DNA of 64,000 nucleotides from Fimbriosthenelais zetlandica (GCA_977030845.1 OZ365114.1:26350001-26414000), one strand, 5' to 3'; positions 35,075-49,900 are shown, counted from the first letter of the stretch. A program made the numbers and translations. The notes: generated by a model from the sequence alone, not told the origin.

Positions 35075-38000
35075 ATGATGAATATAACCGGTGAAAGGTA
35101 TCAGAGCGGCCCCCGCCCCCCTGATTCATAACATAAAGTGGTCTGCATTTCACAATACACTAACTGATAGCCTTGATATGCAGTTACGCGATTGTATTAT
35201 CTTATGAAACACTCCCCCATCCAGCACTCCCTCCCAGTACTCGTCCCAATCAGAGCTGATGGCCTAGCCCCAATCTCCTGATGTGCCAAATAAGTACCTC
35301 AGTGAAAATTAAAATTAATTAATTTTTAAATCCTTGAAGATTTAATAAAAAAAATTGGGAAGGATTATTATGACTGATGAAATTGCTTTGCACTCGGCCG
35401 TTGGGTTTGCTCTCGAAATGTAATCATTTGAAATGTTTATTCAGATTAAAAAGGATAACTTTTTGAATAATAGGCGGAGATCATATTTCTGATTCGATTC
35501 CTTCACTCTCAAAGTCATTATTTTTGTGTCGTGTCTGGCTGTCTCGAGTTGATTTATTGAATAAATTGATTAATATACTGTCCATATTGTCTCAGAAATA
35601 ACCATAATACGTCTTCCCTCCACATCTAATAGACACAGCTAATGCACAGGTAGAAATGATGACTTTTCACTTTCTCTCTGCATTCCATATGGATTAAATG
35701 TTTCCATTTCTAATTTAATCCCATTTGACAGACATACAAATCACATTTCCTCGACGGAGGAGTCCTCCTAAAACTGCACCACTTTACCTGCGTTAATTAG
35801 CATTCCATTGTGGTCTATTGAATCCGTTCAAATGTTAAGAAACATTCGCCTTTAAACCCTTCTAACGGAATCTGACAATGCCGCGCGGGTCGAGGCCCAC
35901 AGGAGCCTCACTCTAAAGATAAAATGACTAATTGATTTGTAGTGGCGCGCCGACAGTTAATGAAAGATTTTTATCTGAAGGGAATGATTTATCTGCTATG
36001 GGATGGTAATACCCCCCAGGCCAAGTGCAGTATAGAGCTAATGCATGTTACAAAGTAACAGGTTTGCATAATTAAGAGACTTCTCATGAAAGTCTAGCGT
36101 TTAATACGAGTTAACTTGAATTGAGGGGAGGAGGTGAGGGAGAGAGGTGAGAGGAAGTGAAGAGGGAATGGGAATGAAGGGAAGGCAAAGGTGTGAACGA
36201 GGGAATAAGGGCTGGATAATGGGGTGGGATAGATTTTGAAAGGATATAGGGAGAGAGATCAGAAAGGGGGACAGGGAGGGGGAGAAGGGACGCAGACATA
36301 TGAACTGCTTATAAGAGGGTGACGGAAGACAAGGGTAGTTGAATGGAGTTGGAAAGTTAGATTTTTTTAAAGGTTGATATGGTCACGATCATCAAGTTCT
36401 GAGAATTCACGTAGGTCTCTAGGCCTAATAGCCTGTCTTGTATTCCAGATTCCCTATACTACCAAACTAACCAGCGTAATGGCTTCAGCCTATTGCTCGC
36501 TCTCCTGAACTTTTTCATGTGTCCCAAGTTACGTAATTTGATGCTTTCCATTGACAGATATAGTAACTTTTGAATTTCAACTTTGTTCATGAATAATTTG
36601 GACAATAACTCTGCAACTAAAGGACATGACCCAAAGTATCCGAAGTTACAAAGTAAATCGACCATATTTCGTAATTGAACCAAATGTCTTCCTTTTTGTC
36701 TTGACGAACCATCATTGTTGGTGGACTAAAGATTATTATTAACTTTGGTGATTGATTTACTATGAAGTATGAAGCCTAAGGCTTACATGTAATGTTCTAT
36801 ATTTAGATATTCAGCCCGCCATAAGACTGATCCTCTAGAATAAATTGACAGGGACAAAACCGGGACTGACAGAGAACATATTAAGGAACAAATAGGGACC
36901 TGCCTGAGGACAATGTCCTATGGCAAGCCATTTGAACTTATTTGAAATGTTATGCATAATTTATGTCATATTTTTCTACAGACATGTATAGGTCACACCA
37001 AAACAATATTACAACGCTTATTTTATATGAAAATTCCAACTTAAAACTTCCTATTTCTCTATAGATCATTTGAAAATCAAAATTTTCTTTGGTGGGATAT
37101 TTTGGGTAAGATACCAATGGCTTGCCATAATATAGAGCTGGTATATAGGAGAGAGCGAGGAGAGAATTACCCATCAATGTTGGTGAGATCATGTTCCCAT
37201 GCCAACTCACAGCGAGAGATGATGGTAAAAAGCTGTAGGCTTCATGCTCCATACTCACAATCATGTAAACAGACAGAAAGAAAACACAAAACCAACTTAA
37301 GTCACGGCACGGAACCTATCTCTACAAGTATACACTGGCATATTGCAAACGGTGGGAAAATGCAGCCTGCCTTCAATTGATTCATGGGGATACTATTGCT
37401 TGAAGTCTGCGCTCTCTGTGTCCTCTTGTATGGGACAGGCAGACGTGAGGTCTATTGGGTGAGACAGAGAAAGGGAAGTGGGTGGGCAGACAACCTGTGT
37501 TAAATCTTGTCAACATATATTTTGACAATGATGAAGTTTAGGTGTATAGAATGAAGAACAAGTGAATATCCATTGGCAAGGCATGCATTGCAAGATGTTA
37601 ATGCAGAATGCAATGGACCCTTTTCACTTTATAATCACTCAGCAGTTGACTTATCGAACGGAAGATTTCTCCATTTATTTATTCCTCTGAGCCAATAAAT
37701 AATTCCTGCTTCTCAAGTTAACAAAGGAAGGGTGTTTTTTAATAACAGACTGAATGGCCTATAGGTAAGGTGACACCCATGTATCGTAAAGGACTGATGA
37801 ATATTTGGCATAACCTGCAGACGTCAGCACCATTCTAATGGTTTTGTAATGCATAGGTACATATGGAATTGAAATATTTGCAATTCTGTCATAGCTTTAA
37901 AACGTCAGGATAGTACACAAATCATTAGACCTAAACCAAAACAGCCTATGATTTGGTATAGGCTAAAGCATTAACTTAAAGCTGTGTTTTTCATTCATGC

Positions 38001-38897
38001 ATATTTGAGATAACTAATCAGCTGTTTAGCTAGCTCCTTGGAATGTCTATAAGTACGTTTAATATAAAGAAACATTCTCCTGATTCCAGAACGGATGGAT
38101 ACCCGTCCACCTTACTATTGTATAATAGTAAAGATATTCTTTAATATTGTGGGGAGTACTGTTTTTAACAATCAACCTGGAGTCGGCAGGTCGACCTCGC
38201 TGTGGCTAAATCTGTCCTCAGCTTGTCCTCATTCCTCTCAATCCGTCACTTGCCTCATTTGCATGTACCAAGGTAATCGAGTAAGCATTCCATAGCTCTC
38301 AACTCCCATAGAGAAGACTGTAGCTGGGAGAATGGTGAAGGACAGAGGGAAACCATTGATACCGTACATTATAGTCACAATATTTAAAATGCTTGGGATA
38401 TATGTAATATATATGAATCAAAATAGTGTAAAAATCAATATAATTATAATATATATACACACGCATGTTCTGATGTAGGACTTCTTTTGATTCATGATAT
38501 CCATTGGCAGTTTCGGAGAAATTGCCTGCTTGCATATCTAAAAATTTGCCAGTCTTTTGGACTTCTGACTTTCAAATATGACTTTCAATTCATAGACAGC
38601 AAATATGATTACATATTGATCAATGCAATAGGAGGAGACCTCTCTCACTCCTAGATCCATCTCCCTCCCTGTCATCCGCGATACAAATGAGACAACTTTG
38701 GGATTGAAAAATAGGAAAGAAAATGCAAAAAAAATACTGGAGTGTGGATTGAGAAAAGGTGACAAGGTGACGGAGAAGTCATATAAACGACGGGGTAGTG
38801 AACGAGGGAGGAGGGTGTTGGGATAGGGGATCAAGAGTGGGGAAAGATATATAAATGCCAAAAGAATTAAATGTTAAAAGATAAGTAAAATAGTAAT

Positions 38898-39151
38898 ATG
38901 GGTTCTCCCGAGGGATGTTTGGAAGGGGACAAAATACAATGTTGCAGGGAGAGGCATAAGTACCGCGGATCCCAAATCGAGAAAACATCTCATAGATCAG
39001 AAACCAATGGCTCGCAATGTGCTCCTGAAAGGGAAGAGAAGCAGTCCGAGGAACTGAAGCAGAATGAGAAGAAGCAGAAAAAACAAGCCAGTGGTTTCAA
39101 GCCGCGGACTTGTTCCCGGCCGCCGCAAGCAACCCAGGAACAGAGTGTTGG
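38898..39151 (+). CDS. Possible coding exon of an unrecognised hydrophilic protein (weak)
   Basis: Open frame with ATG in AATATGG context, an E/K/Q-rich segment with many G/C-ending codons, and a donor-like G|GTATGC at 39152. No recognisable domain and no convincing downstream exon found. Confidence 0.2.
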
Positions 39152-41339
39152 GTATGCAAGCGGCATAGAAATCTGATAAAGCTGGAGTGAGAGAACTGAT
39201 GGATGGCAGTCTAAGCATTCATAGTGGCAGGCTGGGCTGATATCGGCCTCCTGTGTAGGCTAAAGCTTGATGAGGAATCTCCTCTACTACCCACACTGAA
39301 TACAACAACACGACCAGCCTCACTGACTATACCCACACCCAACCTTCACCTCCTGCCGTACTCCACGGTGACAATATCAAACCATGACGGGCGGGCACTG
39401 GAGGTTTATATTATACACAATTTAACAGCATGTGACACAGGGATGCTGGGAACGGCCTTGACAGTCACTAATCATTTTACAGTGTAATCAAATACATTGT
39501 GTTATTATGAGCATATTTTTATGTACAATGTATTGATTTCAAAGCTAGATGATGCATCCTTCACATTATTCTTAAAAGGTTTAAATATATCGTATTAGGC
39601 AAAATGTAAATGGAATGAATTTCATATTTTTTAAAAACTAAAATGTCACGTTGAATGACAATAACAGGATTTTTTCAAAGATCAAATATATCCTAAATTT
39701 AGAGAATTTTAAACGAAGAGAACTATTTTAAAATCTATTAATGGACCATGAGTGTTAGGTGACAGGATCTCCTGGCTAGAATTCCTTTCACGTTAAAAAG
39801 AAAAGCTGAAAGGAAACCATATGGGGTCTAGAGCGAAAACGTGATAAAATGCACCTAAAAGACGGGGGGAAACCTTGGTTTGGAGCATAAAGATTAATCA
39901 GGGAATGTCATAAAATGATAGAAGATAAAACTGCATATGAGGCAGCCATGGCAAATATTCCATAAAAATCATTAATTGGCTATAGCTAGCCATCCCGGCA
40001 GACTACCACTGATTAAACCACTCCACTATATACCTGCCTTGATTATTCCACCGGGAATATTCCTAATTGGCTGTGCGATATGAATAATACCCAGCAATTG
40101 GTTTCCAGCTAGGGAAATAATTCAATTATCATTTGAGTATCAGTTGGTGGTAGGCAATTCCCTAAATGGTTCCTTTGTTTGTGAATCATAAAAAATTGGA
40201 TTTAAACATGGCCATGTATGATTGGAATTCCACGGCGGAAGCAGCGATGTTTCCATGTGAATATATAATTGGCTTAGTGCTGGGATATATACAGAGCTTG
40301 TAGTATGCTCCATGCATTATTTATTAAAGGGGAAACACTCATCAAGTTATACGTTTAACACTAAGGAAGATGTAAGTTATGGAGGTATGGACGTGGCATA
40401 CACCCAGGGATAACTGAGGTGTTTGGGGGCAGGGATCGACCCGAGGGAAAACCACATGAACACATTCAAAACACCTCAAAAATTCCTAGCTGTGTCCTTA
40501 CTCCTTTAACAAGGTGTGCCATCAATTTTAGGAAGGTGCCAGGGGTATCTCCTAACCTGCCTGCAGGAAACTTAATAAACCCGATCTGCAGCAGGGAACT
40601 GGACCTAGACATGATCTGCAAGGAACGCCCAACCTGTTTCAGAAGCAAGATGTACCACACCAACACATTTCTTAAATAGCGAGCGCATAACAAAGGCATT
40701 TAGCGCAAAATGCGTTAAAATACAAAAATGCGCACTAGTGAAATATCCAGGATCTTTGTTATTGTGATAGAGACGATGGGTTTGTCTCATAACAACGATG
40801 CGCAATAAGCGCACCCTTCTTTTGAAATAGCAAATACCATTATTAGGCGTTTCGTGCTTACTTTGTTGGCACGTTGATTTCCATTGCTTTCATTCAGGCA
40901 AGAGAGACACTTTTCAAAGCACTTCACACTTGCATTGAACTTGCATTTGCGCTATTTTCACTCGGACTGAATCCAGTAATACTTGCAAACAAGCTTATAG
41001 TGTTTTCCCCTGGAATACTTGACAATAACAATGGGAATGCATGCTGATGGCTGGATTGCACGTTTTAAAGTGGGCAAAAACAGATGAGGGAATGAGATAT
41101 TGAATATTTTACATGTGCGAATCAAAAGGGGTGCTCTCCTTTTCAATTAGGAAGAGAGAGTCAAAAAGTGACCATTCAAATAATTCAAGCAATAAGTTAT
41201 ATCATTATGGAAATTATTGCTTTGATCATAATTTCATAATTTCTTGGCAGAAAGTTACCTATGTATTAAAGCTAATTTGTGGAAGGTAATTAGTGCTGAC
41301 AATTACACCAATTACTCTATATCCCTGATTAAAATACAT

Positions 41340-41668
41340 CTCTCTCTATCCCTCTCTCTCCCGCTTTCTTCTCCCTTCTTCCCTCCCGTTCCGTCCCTTC
41401 TATATTCCTCTCTCATTCTTCTCTGTCGTCCTCCTCCTTCCCCTTTCTCTTCTCGGCCTCTCTCACCCTTCTTTATCCTCCCTCATCCTCTCTCTCTGTC
41501 TTTTCTCTTCCTCACACTCTTCTCTCTGGCTCAGCCCGTCTCTCAATCTCTTCCTCTCTCTCACTCTTCTCTCTCACTCGCTCATTCTCTCTGCCTGTCT
41601 CTCCGTCTCTTCATCTACCTCACTCTTCTCTCTTCCTCTCTCTCACTCTTCTCTCTCTCATTCTCCCA
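41340..41668. repeat. CT-rich homopyrimidine low-complexity tract (about 330 bp)
   Basis: Almost entirely C/T with imperfect (CT)n. It explains the 164-aa L/S-rich ORF. Confidence 0.9.
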
Positions 41669-43857
41669 GTCCGTGTCTTCCCACATAATGAGTGCTACGT
41701 CAGATCATGCTTTATCGCTCACTGTAAGCACCGCTTAGAGCAGCTCGGGACGTGCTATTTTTAGCTTCTCCGACCTTTCAACGGGGGGCGTGGATGACGG
41801 TGAAGGTATAATGATCAAACGGCTGTAGGGGGAGGAAGATGGTCTATTATTGCCCGGCCACCTCTGCCCCCCGCCCACAGGGGGGTAATCGTCCTCCATA
41901 TGTACTTATTTAGGGGACGACATGGCCAGCAGCAAAAGTCCCTCATACTTAATGCAATGTAAAAATATACTTACTTGGTTTATCAAATTGATGCAAAAAG
42001 ATGGGAAAGCATCTATACCAAAAACATAATTACTTTTGATGCCTTTCCAAATGACCGTGAGGACTCTGCTTTCATGGCCTATTTAACCAATCATCCAATC
42101 ATTTAAAAAATAAACCTGGAAAGGTGCAAGAAAAACAGAAGGGATGGCACGAGGGAAGTTTGGGTTGGGGAAGGAAGGTTGATAATTTTCTTGGCCTGGT
42201 AGGTGAGGAGGCGGGGTGGATGGTTGTTGTAGGGGTGGTGAAGAGGGCGGGGATGTTCATGTTGTATTGGTTCCCAGCTTTGTGGCCATGTCAGAAGTGA
42301 ATTAAGCTATCGATTTACGCTCTCTCACACGCACCTGACTATGTCAGCTTTTTCGTTCACTGAACTTGGGTGATTGGATTTAAATTTTCTCAACTTTTAC
42401 CTTTGAGCATATTTAAACGTTGCACCTACCCAAGTGTTGACCTCCCAATGAAAAAACAAGTGAGCTGTCAGATCATATTCATATATAATAGCTCCGAAAA
42501 GGTACCTTTTGAATATTTTTTTCATTATTGTTTGATGAAAGACTTGACCATGTCCTTAGTAGGATCGATTGTATGCTGGACATTGCATAAATTGATCATT
42601 GCATGTATAACATGAGAGCATCAGAATCGCAGTCAATGCATTATGAATAACAATATTCAAAGATGTACCCTCTATAGGCAGATGACAAACACAATCTATT
42701 GACATCCCGAATATTGAAACAGCACTTGAGGAATCAATATCACTCCAAGTGACAACTAAGCAGTAACATTGAAGCGCTGGACTAATATTTGATTGTACAT
42801 TTCGTCCGGTCCTACCAGTCTGGGCTTCTATTGGTGGGATGAGAGAGGCAGGGGGGAAGTGGGATGGGGCTGGCCTGTTGGTATTGTTTTCCCTAAAGTC
42901 AAACACTGCCTGGGATTGATTCCACTTTTGATGTACTACTGCCAGGTCTTCACGGGTCGGTTTTCATTGGGTGAAAGCTGACCCGTCCAGTCGCGGCCAT
43001 TTATAATAACTTCCTAGCAAGGGATTTCTTTTTTTAAATGAAAGGTTGATTCGGAGGGATGTGTCCTTTATAATATAAAAGGATCTAGGTGTCGCCTATG
43101 GCTGTTCTCTTTTTCACCAACACTCCCTATACCAGCACCTTCCTCCAGCACTGAAAGCAACGTCTGGTAATGAGGGGATGTCTTCGCCAGAGATAGCAGC
43201 CATTCCCGGCCTTACCCTAATCCAATTAACCGAGAGCTAAATCGTCAGATTTATACCCCAATCAAGCTGGAATATTTTAAGTCTGCCATCGGAAATCTTA
43301 CAATAATTCATTACAGTGTGTGTAGCAATATGCTGGGCGAGCGGTAATGCTCAGTGCTAAATTGAATCACACTCGAAAGGGCCATCCTTCCTACACGCCA
43401 CTTAAAGCATCAAATGGGAAATTTAGAGCAATTGTTGGGACTTCTGCAAAGTGGTGAGTTTGTGTGCAATGAAGTACCCTCCTTAGCATCAATTGGGTCT
43501 GCATAGACAAGCTGTATGGAAATACACTTCATGTGAGAAAGAACTTTTACTGGGTTAACGTGAATTAGTGCCTTCATTCTTGTGGCTATTTACCGCAGAT
43601 TTCCTAATGAACCTCATTGTGTAGAATGTCCCAGAACATTTTTAAACGCAGACTTGGCTTAAAACGCATCATTGTAACATACTCGGAGGCATTGGCACTC
43701 GGTTTCTCATGCACACATTGTCTTGCTCCATAACATTCTAAAAGCCCTTTTGAAAAAGCTTTTTGCATCAACCTCTCTGTTCTTGATAAGCGGTAAAGAT
43801 CCTAATGCAGTATATTATATTTGTTGTTTATGTACAGTATACACTCTATGGTACAAA

Positions 43858-43918
43858 TGTAAGGCGATGCATTAAAAGAGCATGGTAGTTATTTTAGACG
43901 ATATGTCATCGCCTTACA
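43858..43918. other. 12-bp perfect inverted repeat with 37-nt spacer
   Basis: TGTAAGGCGATG at 43858-43869 and CATCGCCTTACA at 43907-43918. Confidence 0.7.
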
Positions 43919-46900
43919 GCAATGTTCTCTATCTCTCTATATGATATGTCATGTATGTGGCCCCTCCTGACACTCACACCGCCATCTTGTGATAAGTTTC
44001 AATAAACGCCACAGTAATTGAGACTTACTTATGGTGGGATGAGCTCCAAATGGAATTCCCGTGAACACTGGCAAAGGTTAAGTTTATTAGGGCCAAGGCA
44101 CTCCACTAGTAGCTCCTATATTCAAGGCTAATGCACCCAGCCACATATCTATGATTCAAACCACTAGAGGCCTGGGACATACGCCTTTGGAGGTATAGGG
44201 CCATAAAAGGTTTCCCCATGCTATTAATTTCAACAGTGCATTTTGCTTCTAAATAATAATTGATGAATTGCAATTGCGCAATTTCTAAAACTTCTGCAGC
44301 CAATATAATGCAGTTCATGGAATACCTGGTATGCCATATATACGTGTCAAATGTACATCCATTGACCATGCATAAGGCCTTCCTGTCCTTGAAAGCAATG
44401 GAAGACACTGGCCAAATATTGAAATTCAATTTTCATTTGGCCCAGTATGAATGAGAATGCATGTATTCAGTGTTCTGTGCCATTGGATCAGTCAATCAGG
44501 CTTTCATCTACTGGGATATGGCACCTGCTAAGTAAAGGGCACGAACTGCCAGGTGCTTATAGATAAAGATTCCTGAAATGTCCTACAGTGTGAGGTATGC
44601 ACATAGGCTTGTAATCAATGCATTCAGCAAGCACTGTGGAAGAGGCCTAGGATGGTTCATATCAATACTGATGCTGCATGGTGACATTACCAACGTTCAT
44701 TTCTCCAAAATGAAAAATGTGCATATATCCTATATGGAAATTGGTCATTTCTGCAAATAAAATCTTAGTTTCTTCATATCTATTTTTCTGCTAGTATCTA
44801 TATTCTGGAGGCAACCGAGAAATCCTTTTGTCTCAAGACATGGAAGGAGGACCTGATACTCTGACATGAGGCTTTGTGTAGGACAGGACCTGCGAGGGAC
44901 CCACAAGGACCTCAGAAAGTGAAAAGGACAATGGGACACAGGACTACCTGGACCTATAGATGACCTGCAGCAAGGCCCAATGTTGGCAGGCACCAGAAGT
45001 GTGGGTGGACGGCAGAACATAGACAGAACACTCATATCATGCAAGAGTTGCATTGTTCTGATACAAGCAAATGAAGACTCTATTTTAAGCATCTTAAACA
45101 TGCACTGGTGACCCTATTTGGATGTGGGTAATTTCCACTTGCATCATAAAAGGATTGTGGCTTCCACTTCTCATCCACCTGCCTATGTCAGTCAGATTAA
45201 GGGAAGGAACCTTCTTATTAAGCCAGTGTGAATATGTATGTCTCAATCGATCAATAGTGATAACAAGTACTTTGTCTATGTGTCAAGTATATCGAAGCCT
45301 TAAGAGGAGTTGCCGCACACAGGCCCTCCTCCCTACTTAGCCAGTATTTCCCAGCGGTACAATGCAAATCCAGGTGTCAATAGGAGATTGATATTCTCCG
45401 GTATTAGATTGGAAATGTGATTCCAGAGAGGGAACCAATCGAGTTGAAACACCTTAAGTGCGGAGCAGGAGAACTAATGACAAGGAAGAGGTAGACAAAA
45501 CAGGCTTCACTGCCTAGGACTGATTGCTAATGGGGAACAGAAAGAAGGAGAGAGGGGGAGGTATATATAGAGTTTGTACAGGAGGAAAAAAAGGACCAGT
45601 GGAAGCTAACTGGAAGAAAGGGTAATGAAGAAGGACAAGGATAGAACCTTGTTGGTAACTTCTAAGAGGCAGTCAGTGATTCGATTGATAATGGATTTTT
45701 TTGGGTGGCACACTGTAGGGAAATGTAATTTCCCGGCGAGTCCTTCTTAAGTCATATGGTAATATGTATATTATATGTTAGCAAAAAATGGATGTCTCCC
45801 ATCGGAAATGTACAGAACGTGACCCAAACAGGGGTATTGATCTACATATAGTTGTATCAAGATAACAAGATGCTTTTGATGATTACTACATGTGCAAAAT
45901 ATCAGCATGTTGTACATTGATATGTCAAATAATGAAACCGTCTAAGATGGAAAATGGAATTTCTGCCATTGAATCCTTGATGGGAATGATTTAATTGAGC
46001 TGTTTTAGCTTGTAGCTCTCACTATGATGTCATTTTCAATTTTTAACTCTAAGAGGCATTAATAACATTGTATCCTGGGTGTAAGTAGATAGTGGGAGAT
46101 GGAAGGGCTTTTATTAATGAGAATTACAGTGTTATCCTGTCCTTAGATAACATATCCTTCCGCTGATGGACTACTTTGAGTGCACTCTTTTATGTGGGCG
46201 GATTGGGTGAGGTGTCCTGTATGTTACACGAGCCTAGAGGCGGGGATTGGTGTAGGAATGCAATACAGTGATTAGTCGTATTGGTTTTGTAAAGTAATTA
46301 CAGAGAGGGAAGATATGGAGGGGTTGATTGTTGGTGTGTTAGTATAGGGAGAAGGAAGGGATAGCGTGATAGGTACACGGCTTGTATTTCCCTCTATAAG
46401 TCCCCCTTTTTATACCTCACATATAGCATCTTCCCATACAAGACTCCTTCTAATTCAGCTCACAGGAACAACCAGCTTTCTCCGTCCTCAAAACTACATT
46501 TCTCCCACATATGAAACGGCAAATCAATCTCTTTCACTCTTAGAATTGTCTGAAAACATTCATTACTTCAAGGAGCTATAAAATCAGTCCCTGTAGTTAA
46601 AATGTTCTTCCATGGTGTAAAACATGCGTTATATATGTAGGAGGGGCCTCAATGCGCCGTTGAATATCACCTGAGGGAGTTCATATATTTCTCATGTATT
46701 TTCTTCCCAACGGCGTCATCAACGCATAACATTACTTCCCTACTCCGACATTGTTTTTTCTATTTCTCCACATTTCAACCTACTTTCTCGTCCTCCATCT
46801 TTTTTTCTGTCTCATTAAAGGGGTCTGTTTCCCCATGTGTCCTCTAGCCTAAGGTGCTTCCCCATTTTTCACTATAGAATGTCATGTAATAAAACCTCGT

Positions 46901-49900
46901 TGAGTCACCCATTATGTGAATAGGGACACTTGATTGTTACATAGATACATACTTGTGGGAATGCTGCATATCACATTGTCAATTCACCTTGGTAGAACTA
47001 TCTGTAACAGTCACAGCCACGTGCAAGGAATGGGGAAGATACAAAAACATGTTAGGTCATATTGGGAGGACAGATTGTATTAAATAAAGCATGCTCTCAT
47101 GACAAAAGCAAGAACAGATCGGGGAAGTGAAACAATTCAATGGAGAGAGTATCGAAATAGAAGGTTGCATGAAAGGCTCTCTGTAACAAAGATACAAGTT
47201 AAAAGGGACAAATTTGTATAGCAGAAGGAGGCGTAGGAAGGGAATTAGGGGAGAATTAGAGGGAGAAGTGGGAAAGTATCGGTATCTTTTTGTTGATGGG
47301 TTGATGTGCATGCTAAAGTCTCACGCAGAGGCAGCCAAAGAGTGACGCCATGATTTGGCATGTCCTGATTTTGGCCACTTGCCTACAAGCCTCCTAACTG
47401 CCAGAAATGGCATTACATGCAATAGGAACGGTGTTGATGCGCCCATCCAATACATACCTAATGGACTTCTATTCATTTTCCTGCACTACATAGCATCAAT
47501 TCTTCACGGTTTCATTTGCTTTATTTCATAGAAACAAGGAAGTCCATCTCATGGACATAAAGGCCCTCTTCTATGTGATCTGATGAAAGCTGTTATCAGG
47601 TATTTTGGCTGGGAAAATATCTTACTCAGATAATGGCATACCATTTTTATGCCAAAGGGCTAATAGTATCCATTCATTTTAATATTGTCTGTAAAAGGCC
47701 TTTATATGTATTGAGTGCATGTAGGAGTGCAGAATCCTTAGAACTACAATTCATTGGATATGAAAAGACAAAAATAGAGGAAATCCCTCAAAATCTACTT
47801 CAGAAACAATGTTTCCAAATACTTAACACCAGATTAAGTAATCTGATGTTCTAAAAGAAACAGAAATGTACTTTCTAACTGAGTTGAAATGGGGCTGTGT
47901 TTGTTGAAGGGTCATTAAAACTTGATCTGCGGTGACGAAATTAATTCCAGAAAATGGGATGCAAAACGACTTTAAACACTTAACCCGGGCAAACATGGCT
48001 GTGACACGGGAAACCTTTTATGAAGCCTGAGATTTTCGGGCTCTTGTTTCCTGTGCCTGGTTTCGGAATTGTGGCCACAAATAATCCTCAAACAACCAGA
48101 AGACCGTGCCACGAAAACCGATGGAATCTTTTAGAAAATCTTTGAAAATCATGTCATTGAAAGTTACAAACACTTTAATTAAAAGATAAGCTATATTTCT
48201 TAGATGGCTTTGATTGCCAACTGTTGCGATAACAGTCAATGCAAACATCCGACGCAGTATTCAAGAGATCATGACACAAGGTACAAACAGCTTTATTTGT
48301 CCACATGATGTTTGTAAACCTATTGGAAGGGCCTCTGGCAGATATTGATCTAAAAATCTAACGCAGTCCTTTGATCAGCCAACAATGAGTCATTGGGGCG
48401 GCTCGCCTTCCAGAATGCCCATCACATTGCCCTTGATATTGAAACATGAGGAAATGGTAAGGAAAACACACCGAGTACGGGTGAAATTCAAACCTCAGGT
48501 CTGACCGACACAAAACTGCCACCATTGATGTCAGACTTGTGCTTCAGAATGTTTACAGATTTACTCCTGCAGCAATTCTAACAAATCCAATTAAATGTCA
48601 TTACATTAAGCAATGGGAAAATCTGATATTAGATACATTGCAGACATCCTTTAGGCCTATCAGTTTAGAGTGGACCACTTTGATTTCTATTGAGATTAAT
48701 TCATTCACTGGAGGTGTTTACAGACCAGTCTAAAGAGAAACCCAACAAAACCTGAAAAATGTTTCATTTAGTGACTGGGTTTTGACAAATCTTTAAGCAT
48801 TTAAATTCACGAGTAGTTGAGCTCGGGGGTTGGGGTTGGGTAGCCACTGTCCATGAGATATTATGCAGTAAAGTTTTTAATTCAGCTGGATGATATTATA
48901 ATGATAATCTACCTGTATAATCTGTTGCCATAGTGAACTGGGACATGGCTAATACCCATCAGGATGGCAGTGACCATGGGTAGAGTGAGGAAAGGTTGTG
49001 AGCAGCTATAGATGGCTAGAGGTGATAAGAATGATAACTGTACATCAAGCTTTCATCTATATCATCCCAGATATCCCCTTAATTATCTTTGATGTAACAC
49101 TCAGTATAGGACATACTATAAATAGATACTCCCTCCCCCAGGCTGGGAGTAATAATGCTTTATGAGACAATAGAAGGGAGACTGAGGGAGGAGGCAGGCT
49201 GGAAGAAGGAGAGAAAGGAAAGGGTTATAAAAACGATATTGATCGTAATGATCGTCTTAAATGGTGCATTGTATGAATATTCTATTCTAAGGAGTAATTA
49301 TAAGCAAGACATGGAAGTTATAGGAATATGGGAAAGAGCGCAGGACAAACTCTGCAGTTGCAATCTGCGGCATATTGATATTGATATCGAGCCTGATTAT
49401 TATAGATAAAACCTAGAAATCAATGATAATTATGCTGATCTATTGGATGGATAGATTTTGGTACACGTTGTATAGTGAATAAGCTGTTTTATTAGTGGAG
49501 GATATTGTTATGAATTGGTGACTAAATTAGCCTTGGAAATCAATGAGAAGATCAATATGTAAACAGTAAGAAATGATAATGAGTAGGGCTGGTGAATTGT
49601 TAAAATCTCTGTCGACTGATACATCTATTTACTCAAGATGGCTGCTTGATCATTGATGTTGAATCTGAGGCATAAACTAAATGCCTTCAAGGTATGATAT
49701 AGGGCCTCCTCTTCTCCATCATTCAGCATTTAATTAAATTTTACCACCGCCATTAAATCAATCCTAAATTGTCAGCCTCTCCAGCCCATGTCCTTGGTCC
49801 TTTCCCAAAATTATTTCCCCTTCACTCTGTCCTTTCTTGGTCCAAATGTCATCCCTTCCTCTCTGCCATGACCTTCCTTTACCTCTGCTCATCTCCTCTG

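Noticed and set aside
20879-38915. COE/EBF palindromes TCCCAGGGGA (20879) and TCCCGAGGGA (38906)
   Set aside because: Two isolated hits are compatible with chance (hand estimate about 0.4 per window).
44029-44067. 39-nt minus-strand microexon candidate (CTTTGCCAG acceptor, GTAAGT donor)
   Set aside because: The splice signals are plausible and the length is a multiple of 3, but there is no host gene or recognisable peptide. Only junction reads could support it.
44850-44990. AGGAC-rich stretch giving GP/GLPGP collagen-like fragments
   Set aside because: No continuous Gly-X-Y register, and stops and frame changes intervene.
48204-48456. Pair of AG/GT-bounded open segments (48204-48280 and 48379-48456) as a two-exon gene
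   Set aside because: Splicing them gives incompatible phases and an immediate stop.
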